Source: Rhodosorus marinus CCMP1338 (lineage: Eukaryota; Plantae; Rhodophyta). Taken from it: a stretch of 64,000 bases of DNA. Below the pieces are notes generated by a model, which did not search any database, was not told the origin of the DNA, and saw only the letters and a program-made list of their open reading frames with translations. The stretch's first letter is position 1. Each line of letters opens with the position of its first letter. The translations under genes were made by a program, and so were the position numbers. The stretch spans positions 930,001-994,000 of the forward strand of contig JAMWBK010000012.1 in NCBI GenBank assembly GCA_029953675.1. The letters run 5' to 3'. Below are positions 26,086 through 36,429 of the stretch, piece by piece.

Positions 26086-27244
26086 TGGGTGCCCCAGACA
26101 ACACCAAAAAGCCCAAACTCTGTCAGCAAATCCAAAACCCTACCAAAAACCTCAAGCACCCCCCCAGAAAACAAAAAGAAACATTTTACATATGACAGTC
26201 TGTCCTCAATATTTTTGTTTTGTTTTATTTTGGGATCGTTTTGGGGTTTCAAAAAGAAAACAGAACTTCCGATCGTCGATCTATTTAGTTTTGGAAAACA
26301 AGAAAAAGGGGTAGGGCGAAAAAGCGGAAGTTGTTTGGTTTGGGGTTGAGGGGGATGAGGATACGTTTTGTTGGGTGAAGTATGGATATGGGAGGAGGGG
26401 GTCCCCGCTATTGTATTGTTAGAACAAGGGAACGAACAACAGTGAAAAGCAGGTTCGCCATGGCACGAAGATCCTCCTCATCGAGAAAGCAATAGGAAGT
26501 TTTGTTTTTTTTACTAGCAACGGCAAGAGACCGTACGATGTGTACTGGTTGGTTTTATCGACGAAACCCTCCCTAATCCTGTCTTCCCATAGCCTCTCCC
26601 CTCCCCACCTGCGTGCGCCCAAGTCCCGCCTCTTCGTTTAAAACGTTTAATCGCACTTACAGCTTTGGACAATCAGTTCACTTTAATCGTGGTATAGTCC
26701 ACCACGTGATCCCTCCACATCCATAACTCGACTCCCACGACCTTTTGATAATCAGTTCATTTTGCACTACGCGAGCACGTCCTTACGCAAGCACGTCCTT
26801 ACGCAGGCCCCAAAACCCGCTTTTCAATAATTCCTTGTCGAATTACTTCCAAAATACATGAACTCTTTTCATCCATTTTGATTCATATTTTTCTCAACTT
26901 ATTTTTTAAGCATTTCAACTATTGTCAGTTTCACAACAGCCAACCATGTCCTCTCTTTTTGAATACGTTGTTTCCATTTTCACATCAAGAATGCAAAATT
27001 TATTTGTATAATTTTATACAACAACCGTACTGATCATACCCCTTGTACTTGAAACCAATTCTACGTTTTCGGAGCTCACAATTTCAATATCAATACAATT
27101 TGTCGTTCGAAAAGAGGAATATTGTAGATCGGAAAGAGGGGGTAGTTCGGGTCCTGGCCATTGTAAGACGTTTTGCTTTTTTTACAAAATGGTTTGAAGC
27201 TAACAATTCATGAAGCATTGGGGGGTGAGGGAGTCGTGCATTGG

Positions 27245-27655
27245 GAAGCATAACGCCAAAGGGGTATCATTGGCCATCTACAGATGGCCAGGAACAAACT
27301 TTTGAAAAACAAACCAATTGTGAAGTTCACAATTCTGCGAGCGGGAGTGTTGAGACCCGTCTATGGAGGTCTCGCATGAGGTGTAACGCCGAAAGGTATC
27401 ATGGGCCATCTAAAGATGGCCTGGGAGAAACTTTTGAAAAAAATCAATTGTGGCGTGGGGGAGACCTGTCTTGAAGGATAACGCCGTAGGTATCATTAGC
27501 CATCTAAATACGGCCAGGAACTAAGCTTTTGAAAAGAATCAATTGCGAAGCCAACAACTTCTTGGAGGGTGTGCGAGACCCGTCTTGAAGGGTAATGCCG
27601 TAGGTATCATTAGCCACCTAAACTTGGCCAGGGAGAAACTTTCGAAAAAAATCTT
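27245..27655. repeat. Array of four degenerate ~95-133 bp units with a palindromic core
   Basis: Core TAA(C/T)GCC..GGTATCAT..GCCA(T/C)CTA....GGCC.GG..AAAC.TT.GAAAA starts at 27251, 27384, 27479 and 27593. Confidence 0.85.
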
Positions 27656-28000
27656 TGTCGTGTGCTGCGGACACTACAAAGATGAAGCTTGGGGGGGGGG
27701 GTGGGTGGAATATCGATTGTTCTTCAAGATGAGACCTCGTGACAGGGGGGTGCTTGGGGTATGTTTGAACGAATTTGTCTAATCGCGGACTGAAGAAAAA
27801 AAAAAAGACAAGGAAGAAAAGGCTACGCGTTCTTGTTTAAAGCGTGCAAATAGCGTTTAGTGGTGCGCTGGTGCGCTGCTAGTAGGTAGCTGCCGATAAA
27901 GGCTACAGGGTTACAGAGGATAGAGGGCTGTTGAGGGTGTTTCGTAGGTGTCCGTACTCCTCTTCGAAAACTTTGTTTTTTGGTTTTTTGTTGTTGAAAG

Positions 28001-29635
28001 ATGAAGGTATTGGGACTATTTTGTTTGGCTTGGTTGAGTGTGCTTGGTATAGGACTGTGCGCGGACAAACCAAACGTCATTTTTATACTGGTGGATGATA
28101 TAGGATGGGCGGATCTGGGGATTCATGGTAGCAAGGATGTCAAGTCTCCGCATATTGACGAGCTAGCTCGTGATGGGGTTCAGTTGACGGACGCGTACGC
28201 CCCGCATCACTTCTGTTTTCCCTCGAGGGTTGGGCTGATGACCGGCATCCATCCTTTCGTCTTGGGAATGTCGAAGAATCCTCCGCGATCGCTTGACGAT
28301 AAGATCATTGGAATGAGACTTGGGTATGAAACTATGCCAGAGACCTTGAAGAAGAGTGGCTATAGGACCTATTGTATCGGAAAGTGGCACCTCGGATCCA
28401 CGCCGGGCCATCATCCGTTGAACCGCGGGTATGATAAGTTTTTCGGGTTTCTCCCGGGCTCTTTCAACTACAAGCTCGCGAAAATGCGCTCGGGCCCGGA
28501 CTACGACTACATCTACGACGATTTCACGAGAGTAAAGAAGATCACCTACCTCACCGACGATTTCACAGACGCGGCTTTGAGGTATCTCAACGACGCGAAA
28601 AAGAAGAAGAAGCCCTTCTTCATGTACGTGTCGTACAATGCGCCCCATGCGCCGTTCCTCAGCCTGAAAACTGACCGCGATCCAAACGTCTCAAAGGCTC
28701 GACAGCCACACGTGGCGATGATCAAGGCGATCGACAGGGGCGTTGGGAAGATCCGCGCAGCCCTTAAAGAACTGGGTATGGAGGATGATACGATGGTTAT
28801 GTTCAGCAGCGACAACGGGGGTCACGAAAAGGGGGCAATCAACAAGCCCTTTACTGAATTTAAGGGGTCATATCAGGAGGGTGGGCTGAGAGTGCCGTGG
28901 TTCATCACCTGGCCGGGAGTGATCAAGAAGGGACAGAAGATGAAGAAGATCGTAAATCATCTGGACATCTACCCGACTCTGCAAAAGCTCGCCAAAACCG
29001 CGAAGAAGGACAGGAACCCGAAGATTCAAGGTGAAGATATTATGCCTTACATCACAAAGGTCGGGAAGAGCAAACCGGAGGACAGAGGACAACCCCACTC
29101 GTGGCTTGCTTTCGGAGGTATACGACGAGGTATGATCCGAAAGGGCTTTTGGAAGGTGGCCCTTGGATTTGACGGTATCAAACTGTACAATTTAAAGGAT
29201 GACGCTGGCGAGAAAAAGGACCTGTCGAATAAGTTTCCGGACCGAAAAAGGAGTCTGCTTCGGATTTGGAATAAGTGGAACAAAAACAACATCCTGCCAC
29301 TTTTCGAAGAAGGCAAGAAGGATAAGAACCCGCTACAGCTCAAGCTAGTTGCTAAGAAGAAATCCACGAAAGCCGGCGGTCAGCTGGCGTTTAAGGCCAA
29401 AGGAAGCGCCCCAAAGGGCGAGAAGATCAGGTATCAGTGGGAGACGTACCAGGCCGGGGATTCGGACGAAGTCTTGTTCCGAGACGTGTGGGTCGACGGA
29501 CTCAAGAGCTCTTCTCGTAGGCAGAAGAACATAACTATTCGATTCCCAAAGACTGGAACATACATCGTACGCGTCAACATAGAAACGGATCGATTTCTGA
29601 TGGACAAGGAGGTCAAGATCAACGTGTCGAAATGA
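28001..29635 (+). CDS. Secreted formylglycine-dependent (S1 family) sulfatase, intronless, with C-terminal PKD/Ig-like extension
   Basis: Signal peptide; PNVIFILVDD; CFPSRVGLMTG (CxPxR); GKWHLG; HAP; SSDNGG; KGSYQEGGLRVP; uninterrupted 544-aa ORF. The PKD-like call for the last ~95 aa is by eye only. Confidence 0.93.
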   Translation: MKVLGLFCLAWLSVLGIGLCADKPNVIFILVDDIGWADLGIHGSKDVKSPHIDELARDGVQLTDAYAPHHFCFPSRVGLMTGIHPFVLGMSKNPPRSLDDKIIGMRLGYETMPETLKKSGYRTYCIGKWHLGSTPGHHPLNRGYDKFFGFLPGSFNYKLAKMRSGPDYDYIYDDFTRVKKITYLTDDFTDAALRYLNDAKKKKKPFFMYVSYNAPHAPFLSLKTDRDPNVSKARQPHVAMIKAIDRGVGKIRAALKELGMEDDTMVMFSSDNGGHEKGAINKPFTEFKGSYQEGGLRVPWFITWPGVIKKGQKMKKIVNHLDIYPTLQKLAKTAKKDRNPKIQGEDIMPYITKVGKSKPEDRGQPHSWLAFGGIRRGMIRKGFWKVALGFDGIKLYNLKDDAGEKKDLSNKFPDRKRSLLRIWNKWNKNNILPLFEEGKKDKNPLQLKLVAKKKSTKAGGQLAFKAKGSAPKGEKIRYQWETYQAGDSDEVLFRDVWVDGLKSSSRRQKNITIRFPKTGTYIVRVNIETDRFLMDKEVKINVSK

Positions 29636-30899
29636 CAATTGAGCGATCGCTCGCGCAGGCCGTGAGGCGTGCTCGCGTTCGTCGGGGATCTCCTTCAGTG
29701 TTGTCGAAGGAGGCACGATAGAAGGGTCTCACGTCTCCACCGTGCGAAGGAGCAGGTACACAAAGTACCTGGTGAATGTGTCAGCTCGAGCTATGTATCA
29801 AACCGCCACGGGAGAACACCCTTCGCGAAAATACTCGAGTCGAAGCTCTTGCAATCCACCTCGGGACGTATACGCGGCCTCAAACTCCCGCTCCTGACTC
29901 CAACATGGTTATGGTGGGAGAACGACGATTTTCTTGATCACTGGAGGAAGGAGGCCTGTCCAGTTTTCAAGCTTTACGAGTAGTTTGTAATACAACAATT
30001 GCGGAGATGAGTCCAGCGCCACCAACTAGTGTCCCCGAATAAACTCTTTTATTTTCATTTCACCAGCTACTTTGGAGCAAGGCTAGGGGGTTGGGGGAAG
30101 GGCCAAATTCCCCCTTCTGGGTTGTGCCACAAAGGCAATCGCGTACGCACGAAGGTGTAAAAATTCGAAGCATAGTGCCGTTGAAAAGCTTGACAAATGG
30201 AGTGTAACCCCATGCCGAACGACTAATCCATCCTGTCCTGCTTGCATACCCTTTCCCTGACCTCAGTCAGGAAGGCCCTCTCCGAGCTTCATTACCTCGA
30301 TGATCAACCATCGGCACGACGTTTTGACCATGTACAAGACAAGTGCATTTTATCAGGGCTGTCGACTCTGAAAGCACTTAACGATCGAAGACGCATAATA
30401 GACGCTAAAAACAACAATGCGGCGTTCATTCGTCACATACGAAGCTTGCAGAGCTGTGTACATACAAGAAAGTGCAGTCTGTTGGGCGGAAGCAGTGTTT
30501 CAGTCAAGCAGCTCCTTTTCTATCCAGAAATCCGAACGACTCAATGACAAACGGAACTAGACGATGTCGTCGTATGACTCTGGGCTTTTTTCAATCCCTC
30601 GAAGGCTTGCTCACGGGGCCGGCACCCCCACGTGGAGGTGTAGCACATAAAAAGGACGAGTATGAAAAAGCTTAAAAAGTGATCCGAAACATCGTGCCCT
30701 TACATGGCTTCCTTTTCTTTACCTGGCGACTCAACCAAGGTTTGATTTTCATCTATATACGAGGTTATGATTACCTTTTTCGCAGGGATCACAAGGGTGG
30801 TTTTTTGCTTGGTCAACCATGCTTTTACAGCCTATCAATTTCAGCCTTTCACCTCCTGTGGTTGATGAGGGAGCAGAAGTCCGTCGCGATCCTCCTAAT

Positions 30900-31808
30900 G
30901 ATGGGCCGGGCTCTGGGAGTCGCGTCTCCGCAGGCACGGATGCGTTGCAAAACACCTTTCTGGGATTTGTGGATTTGCACCGTGCTGCGTACGGCCGACT
31001 TCTCGCGTAGAGGTCTCATCTTCCTGGGATCGCGCCCGCCTGCATAGTCTTGGGGGGTGTATTGGCTCTCAGTGGCTCATGACCGTCCCCGATTTTCTGT
31101 CACTCACACTCGCAGATTTCGAAGTGCGCCCTTCTCTGCGCTTATACCTCGGCTTGCATCAGCCGCCCTGGACTTGCGAGACGGGTTCCCCGCGCCCTCT
31201 ATTCTCTCAGAACGAAGACACCGCGGATTTTGGGTCCCACCTGCTCGTCAGCTGCCCCGCTGTGAAAGGCGCCCGAACCCGACGGATCTTGAACCTGTTA
31301 TCAGCGAACTTCGACATAATCGTACGGCAAACCCGGTCTTGAAATTGAATGTGCTAAGCCCCTGCCTGTCGCTGACTACGGGATGATGAACGCCGCGTGG
31401 CTGTCCTCGTGGTCACCTGTGACGATCGCCGCCGTACGACGTACGCTGATCTTGCTGTTCCTAATCCTCAGGCCAGTGGCTATTTGCCGGCTACGGGAGA
31501 GCGCCGTGGATTTGCCGCTGCCAATATGAGACGTCGTAAAGAGTTGAAAATGCGGGGGCCTTGTCTTCCCCAGGCATTCGTGCTTCGGCTCTAGCTCATC
31601 GCCTGGTAGCTCTGCTCATTGAGTGCTTTGGGTTATGGATTCCGTTGGTTCTCGTTGGCTTCGGGAATTGTCCCGCGAACGCCCTCTTGCTGTGGCGTAT
31701 GAACGCTGCTTAGATGTTGGAGACGCGGAATCTTCGCCGCGCCTAGTCTTTTTTTTGTCCTCGGGGTTTTTTCTTTCAGCCTCCGATTAAACCATTTCAT
31801 TCATTCAT
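30900..31808 (+). mobile_element. Degenerate CRE-like retrotransposon 3' half (family 2); may extend back to ~30240
   Basis: TVP..LTLADFEVRPSLRLYLG, HLLVSCPAVKGART, YADLAVP, AFV..IECFG. It ends in GGGGTTTTTTCTTTCAG.CTCCGATTAAAC..(TTCA)n, a terminus also present alone at 25548-25588. Confidence 0.65.
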
Positions 31809-31927
31809 GTGGGGGACGTCAGCTCAGTACTAAGGAAGAGAAGTGTAACTCAACTTGTAACCTCAATACAGGCTGGCAGTTGTAGTCTAACCTAATCATG
31901 ATTCATTGCAGTGATAATGGTAGGTAG

Positions 31928-32055
31928 GGTTGTGCCAAGTGGGTCGGGTTTTTCGCTGTTTACGACATAGAAATGGTTAAACCTCCGAAAAAAGGCGGTT
32001 TAAGGGGGTGGGTAGGTCGTTAAACAGCGAAAAACCCGACCCACTTGCCACAACC
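31928..32055. mobile_element. ~128-bp MITE-like foldback with ~40-bp terminal inverted repeats
   Basis: 31928-31966 GGTTGTGCCAAGTGGGTCGGGTTTTTCGCTGTTTACGAC is the reverse complement of 32016-32055 apart from one mismatch and one indel. No clear target-site duplication. Confidence 0.65.
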
Positions 32056-34334
32056 AAAAACCCTAATGGAAGGCTTGCATCCGAAAAATAATCATAATTC
32101 ATGATATGCGAGTTTGAGCTTGTCATACCGAGAAGTAATCATGATTCAATGCCTGAACCAGAGATGATTGATTATTGGACTAACATTGATTGAATATTCG
32201 GACGATTTACCGGACACGTTGATCGGACTGGCGATGAGACCTGTTTTTGCGAAGATTTTCAATGAGATACTGGACGGCCCAACAGAGCACTACTTAACTG
32301 TTCTGAACAGGCCTTTGGAATATTATGGTTACCATCTCTAGGTAGGAAGGAGTTATCGCTATGTCAGATTCCTAGTCAGTGATTGTGGAAATGGACAGAC
32401 GTTCCTTAGGATCCCGTCCGTGCGGACCATTTCCTGCTAAAAAAAATCGAAAACCAAGATCTACCCGTAAAGTTTTCCAGGCTTTCTTCAGCGCAGCCAT
32501 GCAACCGTGAACGCTTCACTAAACAAACCCCAAGTGGGGCCCGTCAAGAGTGAATAAGGAACCTATCGGTGCATTTTGGAACCCTTAATGTGTGCTATCT
32601 GGCTACGCCAACCCCGGAAAATTGCCGCTAGAGCTTACCGGAACTCACCGTAGCCAAAGCCTTACCTTAGCGCTCAAGATGTTGAAAACTTCCCCAAGAA
32701 ATTCTGTTGCCGCCTTCCCAACCCGTCCGAATGCTCCACGATAAAGTGGGCAAAGATGAACTCATTGGGATCCGTAGACTGGCTGAGGGCTATATACATG
32801 TGGTCGAGGCTTCCTTGGTTTTCTTGAGATGTTTCTTCATGCGCTGTTCCCTGCTGGAATAAACCCATAGATTCTATAGTATAAGTTGTGGAAGGATAAC
32901 AACTATCCTTCTATAACTTATTCAATAGAATCTACTCTCTTTGATAATCTATCTGAAGGATCGAACTACGAGCCTCCGCCGGGTAACGTCTTGAGACAAT
33001 TCTCTGGCAAAGTGGGAGCCTCTTCGGGCAATTTGTTGCGAAAATTCTCTGGGAAAACTGGGAGCCTCTTCCGGTGTTGCACCAATTCTCGGGTGGGCGG
33101 GGCGACCTCTATTGGACGTTAGGGATCTCTTTCGATGGCATTGAGCGGGGGATTTGTAGCCTGTTGAAGGTTATATCACACGTGGTCGTGGTTTCCTCGA
33201 TATTTTGATATGTTTCTTCATGCGCGCTTCCTGGTGGCTGCTGGCAAACTAGCAGCTCTTCCATGTCGGACAAGCTTCTAAAGTGACTTACGTAGGTCTG
33301 TCCGGATCTAACAAGGAACCGCCCTCTAAGAATTCTCAGCTCATGACATTGGACGAAAATAAATCCTAAATCAAATACTATTTTTGCAATGAGATGAGTA
33401 TAATTGGATAATACCTTTTTGCTATCCTAATATATTACATTATTTACTTTTTCATATCGAGCTTTTAAAGTAATTCTGAAGCATGGGAGATCTGATTGCA
33501 TGATTTATATTGTATTTGTGAATAATAATCGTCGCCGTCGTTTTTGTTTCATTTATTTAATTTGATTCGTGGTGGAATCAAAATCGGGGGTTTTTGGTGA
33601 GAAACTTCATGTTTTTGTTTTTCTCATTTCTTGTACGGGTGGCATTGTCCAGCGCCTCAGAAGCATTTAGGGCTCTCGTGCTGCTTGGAAGGCGCACGGA
33701 GCGAGTGCTTGTAACTTCAATGAAAATTTTATGCACGCTGTGCTTTGCCGAATGAACTAGTCGACTGCCAGTGCTCGTAGTCAGCTGATTGCGGTTGGGT
33801 GAGGGTGGTTAATTCAATATGAACCGGGTTTGTTCGGAGACTTGACCGCGAGAGGGCGGGAGGGGGGGGGGGTTGGGGACAAAATCAAAACCAGAGACCG
33901 AACTGAAGGCAAAGATCGCGCTCCTCCAAACGTCAAACGCGGCGTTCATGCGCACGAAAATCAAACGGAACTCAAAACGGGTAAAGACCGAGAGGAAAAT
34001 GCACCTTACACCGCAGCGCTCCACAGAACCACTTCCGCGAAGATTCAACTACTCACTTCACGCACCTGCCCGCCTTGCACCGCTCCACAAAAACAAAACC
34101 ACCACTTGACAACGTCGTAAGAAACGGATTAACGAAAACCAAAAAAAGTTCCTCAGAAACCGCCGATTGTGATCACCCAACTTCTTGTGTTCCGAAAACG
34201 GATCAAATTGAATAAATGAAACAAAAACAAAAGGAGACAATTATTATTCATAAATACAATATAAAACATCCAATAGAATCCTCCCTTGAGGACTGACACG
34301 CACACCTTGGAGGAATTTTGCTTAGGCTATGGTC

Positions 34335-34484
34335 TTTCGCAACGACCCTGGGCGTGTAGATAGCACGGAGCTTTCTTTGACCCTGTGGCGCTCAAATGAT
34401 GCTTTGTTTGTAGACGCGCGTCATCAGCGTCTTGTCTCTCGCTTCTCAGGGTAGTTAGCCTCTGAATAAACGGATCATCATCAT
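34335..34484 (+). mobile_element. Family-1 3' end fragment with (ATC)n tail
   Basis: GCAACGACCCTGGGCGT..GCGTCATCAGCGTCTTGTCTCTCGCTTCTCAGGGTAGTTAGCCTCTGAATAAACGGATCATCATCAT. Confidence 0.85.
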
Positions 34485-36429
34485 GGTCCGATGTTTGGGA
34501 TTGGTGGGGTGGTTCTGTACTTGGCAGGAGCTGGTTCAGGCTGTGGTATGAAAACTATAGGGGATACGCTGTAGTTTGACAAGATGGACTGGTCGATTGG
34601 CAGGTGTGGAAGTGTTGAGAGGGTGAGTGGGAAGTCTGTTAGAATTTTTGATTTGATATGCATCGGTGGACTTTTTTGTGCGTTCTGCTAACCGGTTTGG
34701 CGTTTGCGGAGGGTGAGGTGGGTGCGACTTTCTACTGCTTTCGTGTAAGAGTCTGTCCGTGATGCTGTGGGGATGAGGATATGCCGTCCACGATTAAGAA
34801 ATTGAACAAGAGAAGGACGGTGAGGCCAGGGCGGAGCATTAAAGTGAGTATCCAGCACGCAGTCTCGCACAGTGCGGGTTTTGTACTTTCTCCAGGAGGC
34901 CAACTCACGTAGTTACCGAGGGTTCCCGCCAATCCCAGAGTTTCTCATGAAGGTCGGTCGAATCCGGGTTCCTGCGGCTGTGAACGACTCGATATCTGTT
35001 CGCCTGAGAGACTTCAACAGTCCTCTCCAGACAAGGTTTTTCTACATTGTGAAGCCGAATCTGGAAGCCGACGCCCCATTCTACCAGAACAGAGACGCAG
35101 ATTACTATGTCGCTCGCGCAAACACGAGACCAAATACTCCGACCAAGGACTCCCTGAGGGTATTTCATCAAAATTCTCACTGAATCCAAAAGATCACCGT
35201 CAAAGGACCTTTCTATATACGACTGAACTGGGCTGCAACCGCCAAGGCCGACATCATCCTCGCGCTTCGCCAACAAGGAAACAAGGATGTTATCGCTATA
35301 TCGTACGGTCTAAGAGGCGTTGCCTAACCAGAGTTCAACTGTTTGACAAAAAGGAGGAGTCCTTATGAAGTCACCGCTCAATTCAAACACGTGGGCGGTT
35401 CTGTTGTACAGACGGCGAAACAGACCTTCGCTATAAGCCCACACGACTACATCCTCTTTTTGAAGGAGATCAGAGCCGTCCGCCGGAGCGGACCGTTTAC
35501 GGTCTCCGTATTCTGGGTGTCCAAAGCCCGCCGCCCTACAAGGAGGCGCGCTTTGCGTCGTCCAGATCAGATATCCGCGTTCCAGATCCACCGTCCCGCT
35601 GGTGGAGGCCAAAGTGAAAGTGAAGCCAGCCCCGGGTTCGGCGAATTTGACGTTGAGCTTACAGAGCCGAGGACCTTATTGAACATGCTCCTTTCTACAA
35701 TCTACGTTTTGCAGTCACCTCTAGCACCGGGAGTTGGAAAGCTTCGATACTGAATGCGGTTCCGAGTAAAAATGGTGTGGATTTCCGCGAAGGTTGAGAA
35801 CAAAGTCAGTCAGAATGAGAAGTAGGGCCCCCCCCATCGGGTTGTCTGCTGTTGCCAATTGTGGTTTTGTGCGCGAACAGATCGTGCCCTAGTGTCCCTA
35901 CAACGTAAATACGGGGCGATCGGAGACGTGCAGTCAGATCTGACTTTGAATTAAAGAAAAAAAGATTCACGGACTTCGCTGACAGACTGGGAAGTGGGAG
36001 TCTGCTCATGGGCTAGCTCCGTGTAGACAGCCAATTCGCAACGACTAAAGCCCCAGCACAAGGTTGTAACGAGTCCATCGGTCGATGAGGCCCTTAGGCC
36101 ATGGGCATGCCTCATGTAGGTTAAGATCACAAGCCGCGATAAGGACCAAAACAACTCGAGAGGTACCCTCCTGTAAACAGAAGTGATCGTAAGGTACGAA
36201 TAGCACGTGGGAGAATTGTGTAATGTGATCAGTTCATGAACACATAGGTCGAGGGACCTACCTGTCCTCACTGTTCCGCTCGGCAATGGTCGAGCTCCAA
36301 CTTCAGTCCCCAGGCCTTGGCCAAACGTCTACTCTTTACAAAAAATACCTTAGCCCTTCTTAAGACGGCTTCTTGGGTAGTGAACGTGCGTTGCAATAGC
36401 ATACTAAGATCAGCGCCAGTCGGGCCTCG

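Noticed and set aside
27245-27655. CRISPR-like look (palindromic repeat plus variable spacers)
   Set aside because: The repeats are degenerate, the linkers are homologous to each other, the periods are irregular, there are no cas genes and the context is eukaryotic.
31810-31860. GGGGGACGTCAGCTCAGT resembles a tRNA or SINE 5' end
   Set aside because: No T-arm (GTTC), anticodon arm or acceptor-stem partner is visible.
32790-33230. Short ~44-bp and ~380-bp-spaced imperfect direct repeats
   Set aside because: Weak and degenerate; probably old TE debris.
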